A stretch of 64,000 nucleotides of DNA, taken from an uncultured Bacilli bacterium (GTDB lineage Bacteria; Bacillota_I; Bacilli_A; RF39; UBA660). Below, one piece after another: positions 20,600 to 29,843 of this stretch. Below the pieces are notes generated by a model. The model made no database searches. It was given only the letters and a program-made list of their open reading frames with translations, and had not been told where the DNA came from. The DNA lies in contig CALVOP010000002.1 in assembly GCA_944350345.1 (NCBI GenBank), positions 68,134 to 132,133 on the forward strand, in the 5' to 3' direction. The position numbers and the translations under genes were made by a program. Position 1 is the stretch's first letter. Each line of letters starts with the position of its first letter.

Positions 20600-21830
20600 A
20601 CGTATATTTACTTCTTTTAAAGTATATACATTTTCAACAATGGTGCTAATATAGTTTCATAAAAAGCTTTAATAACTAGACATTCAGTACAAGGGTTAAA
20701 ACATTGTAATTTAGTTTTTTTTATTATATAGTTGATGGTGGCTATTTTTAAATTTAATAGAATTGCCATTGTCAATTTTTTAGTACTTAAAATAGCTAAA
20801 TTATAATTAATTTTTTTCTTTAGAAGGAGATTTTTCGTAAGCATTAGAATATTGCTTATAATTTAAAGCAAAACGATTATTAAAATTTGGAATAAAAGTA
20901 TTTGTTAAATATCCATTATACATTCAAATTTTAATTTTTGAATTTCCCTTCCTTGAAAAGTTTAATTAGTTCTTTCGATAGTACCTTTAGATTGTGAAAC
21001 ACTAGTAGTTTTTAAATCAGTGTTTAAAATCGAACAAGCATATCCATATTGAGTTAAAACATCTTTATCACTAGTTCTTTTATTTGGGTTTAAGGATATA
21101 TAATTAAATACAGTACGATTGTTAGCTAAAAACTTACAAGGAATACCATGATTAGTAAGTATTTGATATAAAACATTATAATAACCATTTAATGTTTCTG
21201 CTTTATCAAAATATGCTCCAACAATAGTAGAAGTAGCTTTGTCTATTGCAAGATGTAAACAAGTTTTAAAATTACCAAACCATTGATGAATAGAACCGTC
21301 TTGTTCAATAATTTCACCAAAGTATTTAAATTTTTCCCACGTGGATGAGAATCTTCTAAAACAATTTCATGATTAACTATAATTTCAATTTCATCGTTAG
21401 ACATACCATTATTAATTTTCTTTTCTTTTAAAAGCTTTTGCTTAGCATATTTTCGTTTTGTTTTCTTTCTGGCTTTAGGATATAAAATACCTTCTTTGGT
21501 TAGAGTTTTATAAATGAAATCATATGATACATTTATATTTTCATTCATCTTTAAAATAATTAAATTTAAAATCATAGTATTTTGTCTTATAAAGTAGTAT
21601 AATATCTTCGGAAATAAATTTATCTAATATATTCATAAGCTTTTTTAAGCGGTTGCCATGAATAAAAGCATATTTTCCATTTTCCTTATATTTAATTATT
21701 AGACAATTAATTTGTCTTCTAGATAAATTAAGTTTAATAGCAGCGTTATTTTTATTACTGTTATGATCTACTAGTTCTTTGATAACATCATATTTTTTTT
21801 ATTCATTCTTAATTCAGCCCTTCTCATTAA
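20600..21830. mobile_element. degenerate IS element remnant (rve-type DDE transposase family, possibly IS481/ISNCY-like)
   Basis: Minus-strand transposase reading frames are broken into at least three frames. An N-terminal HTH segment is followed by a catalytic fragment (DGSIHQWF...SKGTIERTN). The remnant lies directly upstream of the surface-protein gene. Confidence 0.6.
20950..21815 (-). pseudogene. transposase pseudogene (frameshift in an A8 tract after codon 5, plus at least one further frameshift)
   Basis: MNKKN then a stop in frame A. Inserting one A into the A8 run gives a continuous ...YDVIKELVDHNSNKNNAAIKLNLSRRQINCLIIKYKENGKYAFIHGNRLKK reading. The downstream rve core is in a third frame. 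Confidence 0.55.
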
Positions 21831-21937
21831 GTCACCTCGGCGACTTATTATATCTTAAATTGAGACATTTTCAAAAGATAACACTTAAGACATTATCATA
21901 AGATAATCATATTTACTCTATCATTTTTTAATTTCAA

Positions 21938-21966
21938 TTGACAATGTTTCACACTAAAAGTATAAT
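21938..21966 (+). promoter_or_regulatory. consensus sigma-A type promoter (TTGACA-17-TATAAT) for the surface-protein gene
   Basis: Exact TTGACA at 21938-21943, a 17-nt spacer, exact TATAAT at 21961-21966. A GTAGGTG RBS and the ATG at 21988 follow. Confidence 0.55.
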
Positions 21967-21987
21967 TTATCTTAGAGTAGGTGTCAT

Positions 21988-24675
21988 ATGAAAAATAGAG
22001 TAAAAATAATAATAACGGTTACAACATTGTTAGTAATAATGATAATAAGTGGTACGTATGCGTGGTTTAGTACAAGAGTAGAAGGAAATGGAGCTCAAGT
22101 AGTAGTAACAACAGGAGAATTAAAATTAATATACACTGATACATTAACAATAAATGAGCCAAATATAGAACCAGGATGGAAATTGACAAAAACATTTACA
22201 GTAGAAAATACATCAAATGAAGAAAGATATTATAAAATAGTATGGAAAGATTTAATAAATACATTTGTAAATACAGAAGATTTAACAATAACAATAACAA
22301 GTACAAATGGTGGAGGGAATTTAGAAAAGACACCAATACAAAGTAGTAGCACCCCAGGAAATTATGATATAATTCCAGGAGTTACAATAGCAGGTAAGAC
22401 AGTACAAGAATATACTGTAACTTTTGAATATGCATATAGAGAAGAAGATCAAAGTGCAGATATGGGTAAAACATTTAGTGGAAGCATAGAAATAGAAGCA
22501 TTAGAAAGCGAATACACGGAAGCATATTTGTATGCACAGATACTAGAAGACAATCCAAATGTAAGTGAAAGAACAGATTTTAGCATAGTATTTACAGAAA
22601 GTAACAATGGAAACACAATATATAAAGCAAGTGGCCAAGACGGAAAAGATACATATTATTTTGCAGGGACTGTTACGAACAATTATGTTAGTTTTGGAGG
22701 ATACTACTGGAGGATAGTAAGAATAAACGAAGATAATAGTGTAAGACTCATATATGCAGGAACAAGTGCAACAGATACAGCGGCATTTATAAATATTTAT
22801 CAAGCATATAACTCAAGTTATGATAATAGTTCATATATAGGGTATATGTATACAGCAAGCGAGCAATATGGAACGGGAACAAATAGTAGTATAAAAACAA
22901 CAATAGATAATTGGTACAGTAGTAACTTGAATAGTTACTCAGGATATATAAGTAAGACAGCAATATACTGTAACGATAGAACAGTGGCAAGTGGAACATG
23001 GAGTGCAACAGGAAGTAGTTTTGACTATGCGGCAAGAGAAAGACTATATACAAATAAAACACCAACGTTTGTATGTAGTAATGCAAATGATAGGTTTACA
23101 GCAAGTACAACAACAGGAAACGGAAAACTAACATATCCAATAGGACTGATCACAGCAGACGAAATAAGTTATGCAGGAGGATTATGGGAAACAAATAACT
23201 CAAACTATTATATAGCCCAGAACGCATCGAGTGGAGCAGGTTACTGGTGGACAATGAGTCCGTACAACTGGCTTGGCCGGAACTCTTTCGTGTTCAGCGT
23301 GGGTGGGTCTGTTGACACTGGTAACTTGGACCGCTGGTACGTCGACGACGCGCTCGGCGTGCGTCCCGTAATTTCTCTGAAATCTTGTGTGCTATACTCT
23401 GGAGGAAGTGGAACGGCAAGTGATCCATATACAGTAAGCTTGACGGATGAATGTGCTAATGTAGAAGATGAGATACTAGAAGAAAATACAGTAAGAGTGA
23501 GCGCAACAACAAATGATGCAAGTATGGCAACAGTAAATGCGCCAAGTTCAGTAATAATAAATAGTGGAAGCAGTCATACATTTACATTTACAGTAAAAGA
23601 TGGGTATGAATATGAAAGTGTAACAGGATGTAATGGAACATATGATACAAGCACAAATAAATTAACAGTAAGCAATGTAACAAGTAGTACAACATGTCAA
23701 GTTAATTTCAAAGAATATATTCCATATTTATATAGTACTATTTTGAAAGATAACCCGAATGTAAGTGAAAGAACAGATTTTAGCATGGCATTTACAACAA
23801 GTAATAATGGAAATACAATATATAGAGCGACAGGTCAAGATAATAAAACAACATATTACTTTGCAGGGACTGTTACGAACAATTATGTTAGTTTTGGAGG
23901 ATACTACTGGAGGATAGTAAGAATAAACGAGGATAATAGTGTAAGGCTTATATATGCAGGGACAAGCGCAACAGATACTGCAGCATTTATAAGTACAAGC
24001 CAAGCATATAACTCAAGCTCTAATAATAGTGCATATGTAGGATATATGTACACAGCAAGTCAACAATATGGAACTAATACAAATAGTCCAATAAAAACAG
24101 TAGTAGATAACTGGTATGTAAGTAACTTAAATAGTTACTCAGGATATATAAGTAAGACAGCGATATACTGTAACGATAGGAGAGTAGGAAGTGGAACATG
24201 GAGTGCAACAGGAAACACATTCTACTATAGAGCATATACAAGACTACAAACAAATAAAACACCAACATTTGTATGTGGTAATTCTAATGATAGATTTACA
24301 GCAAGTACAAGTACAGGAAATGGTAAATTAACATATCCAATAGGAATGATCACAGCAGATGAAATAAGTTATGCAGGAGGATTATGGGCAACAAATAACT
24401 CAAACTATTATATAGCCCAGAACGCATCAAGTGGAGCATCGTGGTGGTGGACAATGAGTCCGATCAACTGGAATAGCAGCGGCTACGCTAGCGTGTTCGT
24501 CGTGGGTGGGTCTTCTAACACTGGCTACTTGAGCAACGGCGGCGTCATCAACGCGTACGGCGTGCGTCCCGTAATTTCTCTGAAATCTTGTGTTCTTGCC
24601 TCTGGAGGAAGTGGAACGGCAAGTGATCCATATACAGTAGAGTTACCTAGTGCGTGCTCAAGTGCAGAAAACTAA
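21988..24675 (+). CDS. large secreted/surface protein with SipW-cognate-type signal peptide and two copies of a ~300-aa repeated domain joined by an Ig-like linker
   Basis: The N-terminal ...SGTYAWFST motif is characteristic of SipW-dependent signal peptides. An internal duplication (YYWRIVRINEDNSVRLIYAGTSATDTAAF ... GVRPVISLKSCV...GGSGTASDPYTV) occurs twice. The linker ECANVE...TCQVNFK is shared with the paralog at 44976. Confidence 0.75.
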   Translation: MKNRVKIIITVTTLLVIMIISGTYAWFSTRVEGNGAQVVVTTGELKLIYTDTLTINEPNIEPGWKLTKTFTVENTSNEERYYKIVWKDLINTFVNTEDLTITITSTNGGGNLEKTPIQSSSTPGNYDIIPGVTIAGKTVQEYTVTFEYAYREEDQSADMGKTFSGSIEIEALESEYTEAYLYAQILEDNPNVSERTDFSIVFTESNNGNTIYKASGQDGKDTYYFAGTVTNNYVSFGGYYWRIVRINEDNSVRLIYAGTSATDTAAFINIYQAYNSSYDNSSYIGYMYTASEQYGTGTNSSIKTTIDNWYSSNLNSYSGYISKTAIYCNDRTVASGTWSATGSSFDYAARERLYTNKTPTFVCSNANDRFTASTTTGNGKLTYPIGLITADEISYAGGLWETNNSNYYIAQNASSGAGYWWTMSPYNWLGRNSFVFSVGGSVDTGNLDRWYVDDALGVRPVISLKSCVLYSGGSGTASDPYTVSLTDECANVEDEILEENTVRVSATTNDASMATVNAPSSVIINSGSSHTFTFTVKDGYEYESVTGCNGTYDTSTNKLTVSNVTSSTTCQVNFKEYIPYLYSTILKDNPNVSERTDFSMAFTTSNNGNTIYRATGQDNKTTYYFAGTVTNNYVSFGGYYWRIVRINEDNSVRLIYAGTSATDTAAFISTSQAYNSSSNNSAYVGYMYTASQQYGTNTNSPIKTVVDNWYVSNLNSYSGYISKTAIYCNDRRVGSGTWSATGNTFYYRAYTRLQTNKTPTFVCGNSNDRFTASTSTGNGKLTYPIGMITADEISYAGGLWATNNSNYYIAQNASSGASWWWTMSPINWNSSGYASVFVVGGSSNTGYLSNGGVINAYGVRPVISLKSCVLASGGSGTASDPYTVELPSACSSAEN

Positions 24676-24728
24676 AATTATAATTGATTATAATGTTTGT
24701 AAATTGTATAATTAAAGTGGTGATAAAC

Positions 24729-27700
24729 ATGGATAGTAAACTTGAAAGATTTTTAAAACTTATTGAATTAAATGAAGAAAACTATTCATGTTTTTTTGAT
24801 GCAAAAATTACTAATGTAAAAGTATCAAATGAAAACAAAAGTTGGACGATTTACATTAGAATAAAAAAAATGATACCTTTAAAAATATATAAAGAATTAA
24901 TTTTAAAGAGTAAAAAAATTAAAAATGTAAAAAAAGTATATTTTTATTTTTCATTTGAAGAAGAAAATAATACATTTAATGAATATTTTAATTATTACTT
25001 TGATATATTAAAAGAAAAATATCCAATGTTAAATGGCATGAAAGAAGAGGACATCGTAATAGATAATAATAAAATAATAATAAAAGTATTAAATAAAATA
25101 GAAGAAGATAAGATAAATAACTTAAAAGAAGAACTAAAAAAATTTTTACAAAGTCTAGGATTTTTTAACATAGAAATTGAACCTATAATCAGTGAAGAAG
25201 TACAAAAAGAAGTAAAAGAATTATTCAAGAGTAATGAAGTTATAAAAATAGAAGAAAAAAAGTCTAACGAAGTAATATTTGGAAACCCAATCAAAAGCAA
25301 ACCCGTTACATTAAAGAGCATAATTGCAGAAGTAAACGATGTAACATTAGAAGTGTTTGTTTTTGGCATGGAAGAAAAAGAAACTAATAGTGGTTTTACT
25401 ATTTTTACTTTTAAAATAAGTGATTATAGTGATTCAATTTACGCAAAAATATTTACTAAAGAGAAAGATGTTATTGATAAGATAAGAGCAAACATTAAAA
25501 TTAGTTCTTGGTATAAAATGCGTGGGTATGTAAAACACGATACATATACAAATGATTTGGTGTTTAATGTAAGAGATATAATGAGTGTGGATAGAAAAAG
25601 TGAAAAGAGAACAGATGATGCTAAAGAAAAAAGAGTTGAATTACATGTCCATACCGTTATGAGCCAAATGGATGGACTCATTAGATGGGATAAGCTTCTT
25701 AAAAAAATTGGCGATTTTAATCATCGCGCAGTAGGCGTTACTGATAAAAACAGTGTACAAGCATTTCCTAAATTATATAAAAATAAAGGCGATATAAAAG
25801 TTTTATTTGGTGCTGAAATATATTTAGTAGACGATGAATTTAAAATTATAAATAAAGAAACTGAAGAAGATCTAAAAAATAGTCCATATGTAGTTTTTGA
25901 CTTTGAAACAACTGGATTTAATGCTGAATTTGACACAATAATTGAAATAGGCGCAGTAAAAATGCAAAATGGTGAAATAATTGATAGATTTGATGAACTA
26001 ATAAATCCTAACGTTAAATTGAGAAATGAAATAATTGAACTCACTCATATAACTGATGATATGTTAATAGATAAAAGAAGCGAAAAAGAAGTTGTTAGTG
26101 ATTTTATCAAATGGTTTGGAAATTGTCCAATGGTTGCTCAAAATGCTAGATTTGATGTTTCGTTCCTTAACAGTGCTTATAGAAAATACAATTTAGGGAC
26201 TTTTGAAAACACGGTATTAGACACTATGGAATTAAGTAAAGTCTTGAGCCCAGATATGCATAGGCATAGTTTAAGTGCGCTTGTGAAAAGATGGAATATC
26301 GAATTTGATGAAGAAGGACATCACCGTGCTGACTACGATGCGGAAGCAACTGCAAAAGTACTATATAAAATGATATCTTCACTAGATTCAAGTTTTAAAT
26401 TAATAAAAGATTTAAACAATTTGGTCGATAAAACAACTGCAATAAAAAATAACAAACCATATCACATAACAATTTTTGCAAAAAATAATGATGGTCTTAA
26501 AAACTTATTTAGAATAATAAGTTATGCAAACACAGATTACTTCTATAAAACGCCAAGGATGCCAAAGAGTAAACTAATTGAATTAAAAGAAGGGATACTA
26601 GTTGGAAGTGGATGTGTAAACGGAGAAATATTCAATCTTGCAAAAACTCAAGGAGAAGATGAATTAATTAATGCCATGGAACTTTATGATTTTATCGAAT
26701 TAAATCCACCAAGTATATGTGACTTTTTAATTGAAAGTGGCGAATTTACTAATCCATTTGAATTAAAGGAAACGATGAAAAAGATTATAAAAGCTGCGGA
26801 TAAAATTGGTAAACCTGTTGTTGCTACTGGAGATGTACATACACTTGATCCAGAAGATAATATATATAGAGAAATACTAGTAGCACAAAAACAATCTGGC
26901 GGAGGATTTCACCCGCTTAATAAACCAAGTATAAAGCACATTCCAAATGCTTATTTGATGACAACAAATGAAATGTTAAAAGAATTTGAATTTTTAGGTA
27001 AAGAAAAAGCATATGAAATCGTCGTTAAAAATAGTAATATGATAGCTGATATACCAGAAGAAATAGAAGTTATTAAAAAAGACTTATATCCGCCAAAAAT
27101 GGAAAACAGTGCTAATATAGTTAGAGATATGGTATATGGAAACGCAAGAAAAACATATGGAGAAAATTTACCTGAAATCATAGAAACTCGCCTTGATAAA
27201 GAGGTTGGTGGAATTATAAGTGGTGGATATGATGTAATGTATTTAATTGCGCAAAAATTAGTACAAAACAGTAACGAGCACGGTTATATGGTTGGTAGTC
27301 GTGGTAGTGTAGGAAGTAGTCTTGTTGCAACATTTATGAATATAACAGAAGTTAATCCATTACCTCCTCATTACGTATGTCCAAATTGTAAAAAAAGTAT
27401 TTTTGAATTAGATGGAGAAAGCCTATCAATAAAATATGGGAGTGGCTTTGATATGCCAGATAGAATCTGTGAATGTGGAACTAAGATGAAAAAAGATGGA
27501 CAAGACATACCATTTGAAACATTCTTAGGATTTAATGCAGACAAAACGCCAGATATTGATCTTAATTTTAGTGGTGAGTATCAAGCAAGGGCTCATGAAT
27601 ACACAAAAGTATTATTTGGAGAACAGAACGTTTACAGAGCAGGTACAGTAAGCACGATAGCTGAAAAAACAGCATATGGTTTTGTTAAAGCATATATGGA

Positions 27701-29006
27701 AGAAAAAGGAATAACAATGAGAAGGCCGGAAATCGAAAGACTTGCTGGAGGAATAACAAAAATTAAAAGGACAAGTGGGCAGCATCCTGGGGGAATAATA
27801 GTAATTCCGGCATGCAAAGACGTTTTTGACTTTACACCATACCAGTATCCTGCGGAAAACCCAGAAGCAAACTGGTATACAACTCACTTTGAATTCCATG
27901 ACATAGAAGAAAATGTATTAAAACTTGATATATTAGGACACGATGATCCAACAGTATTAAAATATTTATGTGATGATGTTAAAATTAATATAGATGATAT
28001 CCCTCTTGATGATAGAGATGTGTTGTCGTTATTTACAAGTCCTAAAGCTTTGGGTGTAACTGCAGAAGAATTAGGTTGTCCAACTGGAACATGGGGAGTT
28101 CCAGAATTTGGGACTAACTTTGCAATAAAAATGCTTACCGAAATCAAACCAACAAAATTTGCAGATTTAATCAAAATTGCCGGGTTAGCTCATGGAACAG
28201 ATGTATGGGCAGGAAACGCAAGAGATTTACTTTTAAGTGGAACATGTACATTTGACGAAGTAATAGGATGTCGTGATGACATAATGATTTATTTAATAAA
28301 ATGTGGGATTGACAAAGGTAAAGCATTTAAAATAAGTGAATTTATACGTAAAGGTAAAACTGCTAAAGAGCCAGACACGTGGGAAGAACATAAAAAGATA
28401 TTAAAAGGTGCAAATGTACCAGATTGGTACATAAATAGTTGCGAAAAAATCAAATATATGTTTCCCAAAGCGCATGCTGCAGCATATGTAACTAATAGTT
28501 TTAGAGTTGCTTGGTTTAAAGTACATCATCCAATCAATTACTATCGAGTATTTTTATCAATCAGAAAAAGTGATTTTGATATCGAAGCTATGCTTGGTGG
28601 AATTAGTAAATTAGACTCTAGAATAAAAGAAATTGAAGAAAAAGGATTTGATGCATCAGTTAAAGAAGAAGCAGTAAAAAGTACACTTGAAGTATCAAAA
28701 GAAATGGTACTTAGAGGATTTAAATTTGAAAATATATCACTAACTAAAAGTGATGCTACGATGTTTGTACTAAATGAAAACAAAGATGGTCTTTATCCAC
28801 CATTTACTGTATTAGATGGAATGGGTGATACTGCTGCTAAAAAGTTAGTTGAAGAAAGAAATATAAAACCATTTGTTAGTATCGAAGATGTGCAGTATAG
28901 AGGTAAAGTTTCTCAAACTTTAATTGATAAAATGCGCGGATTAGGTGTATTTGCTGAATTACCTGAAAGTTCACAATTAAGTTTGGATTTGTTTAGTAAT
29001 ATTTGA
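24729..29006 (+). CDS. polC: DNA polymerase III PolC-type
   Basis: Over 1400 aa with PHP, a DEDDh 3'-5' exonuclease (FDFETTG...HRADYDA) and a polymerase core. Start moved to the ATG at 24729 (MDSKLERF). Confidence 0.9.
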   Translation: MDSKLERFLKLIELNEENYSCFFDAKITNVKVSNENKSWTIYIRIKKMIPLKIYKELILKSKKIKNVKKVYFYFSFEEENNTFNEYFNYYFDILKEKYPMLNGMKEEDIVIDNNKIIIKVLNKIEEDKINNLKEELKKFLQSLGFFNIEIEPIISEEVQKEVKELFKSNEVIKIEEKKSNEVIFGNPIKSKPVTLKSIIAEVNDVTLEVFVFGMEEKETNSGFTIFTFKISDYSDSIYAKIFTKEKDVIDKIRANIKISSWYKMRGYVKHDTYTNDLVFNVRDIMSVDRKSEKRTDDAKEKRVELHVHTVMSQMDGLIRWDKLLKKIGDFNHRAVGVTDKNSVQAFPKLYKNKGDIKVLFGAEIYLVDDEFKIINKETEEDLKNSPYVVFDFETTGFNAEFDTIIEIGAVKMQNGEIIDRFDELINPNVKLRNEIIELTHITDDMLIDKRSEKEVVSDFIKWFGNCPMVAQNARFDVSFLNSAYRKYNLGTFENTVLDTMELSKVLSPDMHRHSLSALVKRWNIEFDEEGHHRADYDAEATAKVLYKMISSLDSSFKLIKDLNNLVDKTTAIKNNKPYHITIFAKNNDGLKNLFRIISYANTDYFYKTPRMPKSKLIELKEGILVGSGCVNGEIFNLAKTQGEDELINAMELYDFIELNPPSICDFLIESGEFTNPFELKETMKKIIKAADKIGKPVVATGDVHTLDPEDNIYREILVAQKQSGGGFHPLNKPSIKHIPNAYLMTTNEMLKEFEFLGKEKAYEIVVKNSNMIADIPEEIEVIKKDLYPPKMENSANIVRDMVYGNARKTYGENLPEIIETRLDKEVGGIISGGYDVMYLIAQKLVQNSNEHGYMVGSRGSVGSSLVATFMNITEVNPLPPHYVCPNCKKSIFELDGESLSIKYGSGFDMPDRICECGTKMKKDGQDIPFETFLGFNADKTPDIDLNFSGEYQARAHEYTKVLFGEQNVYRAGTVSTIAEKTAYGFVKAYMEEKGITMRRPEIERLAGGITKIKRTSGQHPGGIIVIPACKDVFDFTPYQYPAENPEANWYTTHFEFHDIEENVLKLDILGHDDPTVLKYLCDDVKINIDDIPLDDRDVLSLFTSPKALGVTAEELGCPTGTWGVPEFGTNFAIKMLTEIKPTKFADLIKIAGLAHGTDVWAGNARDLLLSGTCTFDEVIGCRDDIMIYLIKCGIDKGKAFKISEFIRKGKTAKEPDTWEEHKKILKGANVPDWYINSCEKIKYMFPKAHAAAYVTNSFRVAWFKVHHPINYYRVFLSIRKSDFDIEAMLGGISKLDSRIKEIEEKGFDASVKEEAVKSTLEVSKEMVLRGFKFENISLTKSDATMFVLNENKDGLYPPFTVLDGMGDTAAKKLVEERNIKPFVSIEDVQYRGKVSQTLIDKMRGLGVFAELPESSQLSLDLFSNI

Positions 29007-29014
29007 GGTGAAAA

Positions 29015-29791
29015 ATGCAATTAATAATATTAGCTGCAGGAAAGTCTAAAAGATTCGGCAGACCAAAACAACTAGAAGAAATATATAATAATAATACAAT
29101 AATTGATTACAATATGAAAAACGCAGCAAAGTGTCAAATAAACGACGTAATTATAGTGACTAATAAAGAATTAGAAGACAAAATGAAAGAAAAATATTCA
29201 AAGAAGGCAAAATTATATACGAGTAATTTTAAAAACAAAACGATAGGAAATTTGTATACTTTATATTCTGTTTTAGATAAAATTAACGGTGACTTTATTG
29301 TAATAAATGCCGATGATTATTATGAAAAAAGTGTATTTGAAAAAGCTAAAAAGTTCCTAGAAAAAAGAAATGAAAATATAGCAGTAGTTGCTTATAAATT
29401 GAAAAATGTTTTAAGTACTAATGGCCCGGTTAACCGTGGGATAATAATTAAAAATAATAAGTGTTCTATAAATATAAAAGAAACAATTGGTATAGTAAAT
29501 TCTAATAATATTATAAAAGACAATAATGAAAATATTTTAGATAAAAACACACTAGTTAATATGGGATTTTACATATTCAAAGAACCAATAAAAAAAGAAA
29601 TAAAAGAATATGTAGAAAAAGCAATAAAAAATAAAGAATATCTAAAAGACGAATTACGATTAACAGAATTTATATCAAGTGTAAAAAACGAATATAAAGT
29701 TAGAGTAATAAAAACTAGTGCAAAATGGACTGGAATAACTTTTGAAGAAGACAAGAAAGATGCATACAATTTTTTTAAAAACAAGTGCTAA
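29015..29791 (+). CDS. nucleotidyltransferase family protein (MobA-like NTP transferase domain)
   Basis: N-terminal ILAAGKSKRFG nucleotide-binding motif. Confidence 0.55.
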   Translation: MQLIILAAGKSKRFGRPKQLEEIYNNNTIIDYNMKNAAKCQINDVIIVTNKELEDKMKEKYSKKAKLYTSNFKNKTIGNLYTLYSVLDKINGDFIVINADDYYEKSVFEKAKKFLEKRNENIAVVAYKLKNVLSTNGPVNRGIIIKNNKCSINIKETIGIVNSNNIIKDNNENILDKNTLVNMGFYIFKEPIKKEIKEYVEKAIKNKEYLKDELRLTEFISSVKNEYKVRVIKTSAKWTGITFEEDKKDAYNFFKNKC

Positions 29792-29843
29792 CAGGCACTT
29801 TTAATTTGGAAACATAAATGGTATACTTTTAGAAGGTGATAAT

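Noticed and set aside
21243-21575. 110-aa ORF annotated alone on the minus strand.
   Set aside because: It is a middle fragment of the frameshifted IS transposase, not an independent gene.
23215-24575. Possibility that the GC-rich islands are DGR variable regions (A-poor, at domain C-termini).
   Set aside because: No reverse transcriptase or template repeat in the window, and differences between copies are not confined to adenine-template positions. This is kept only as something to check genome-wide.
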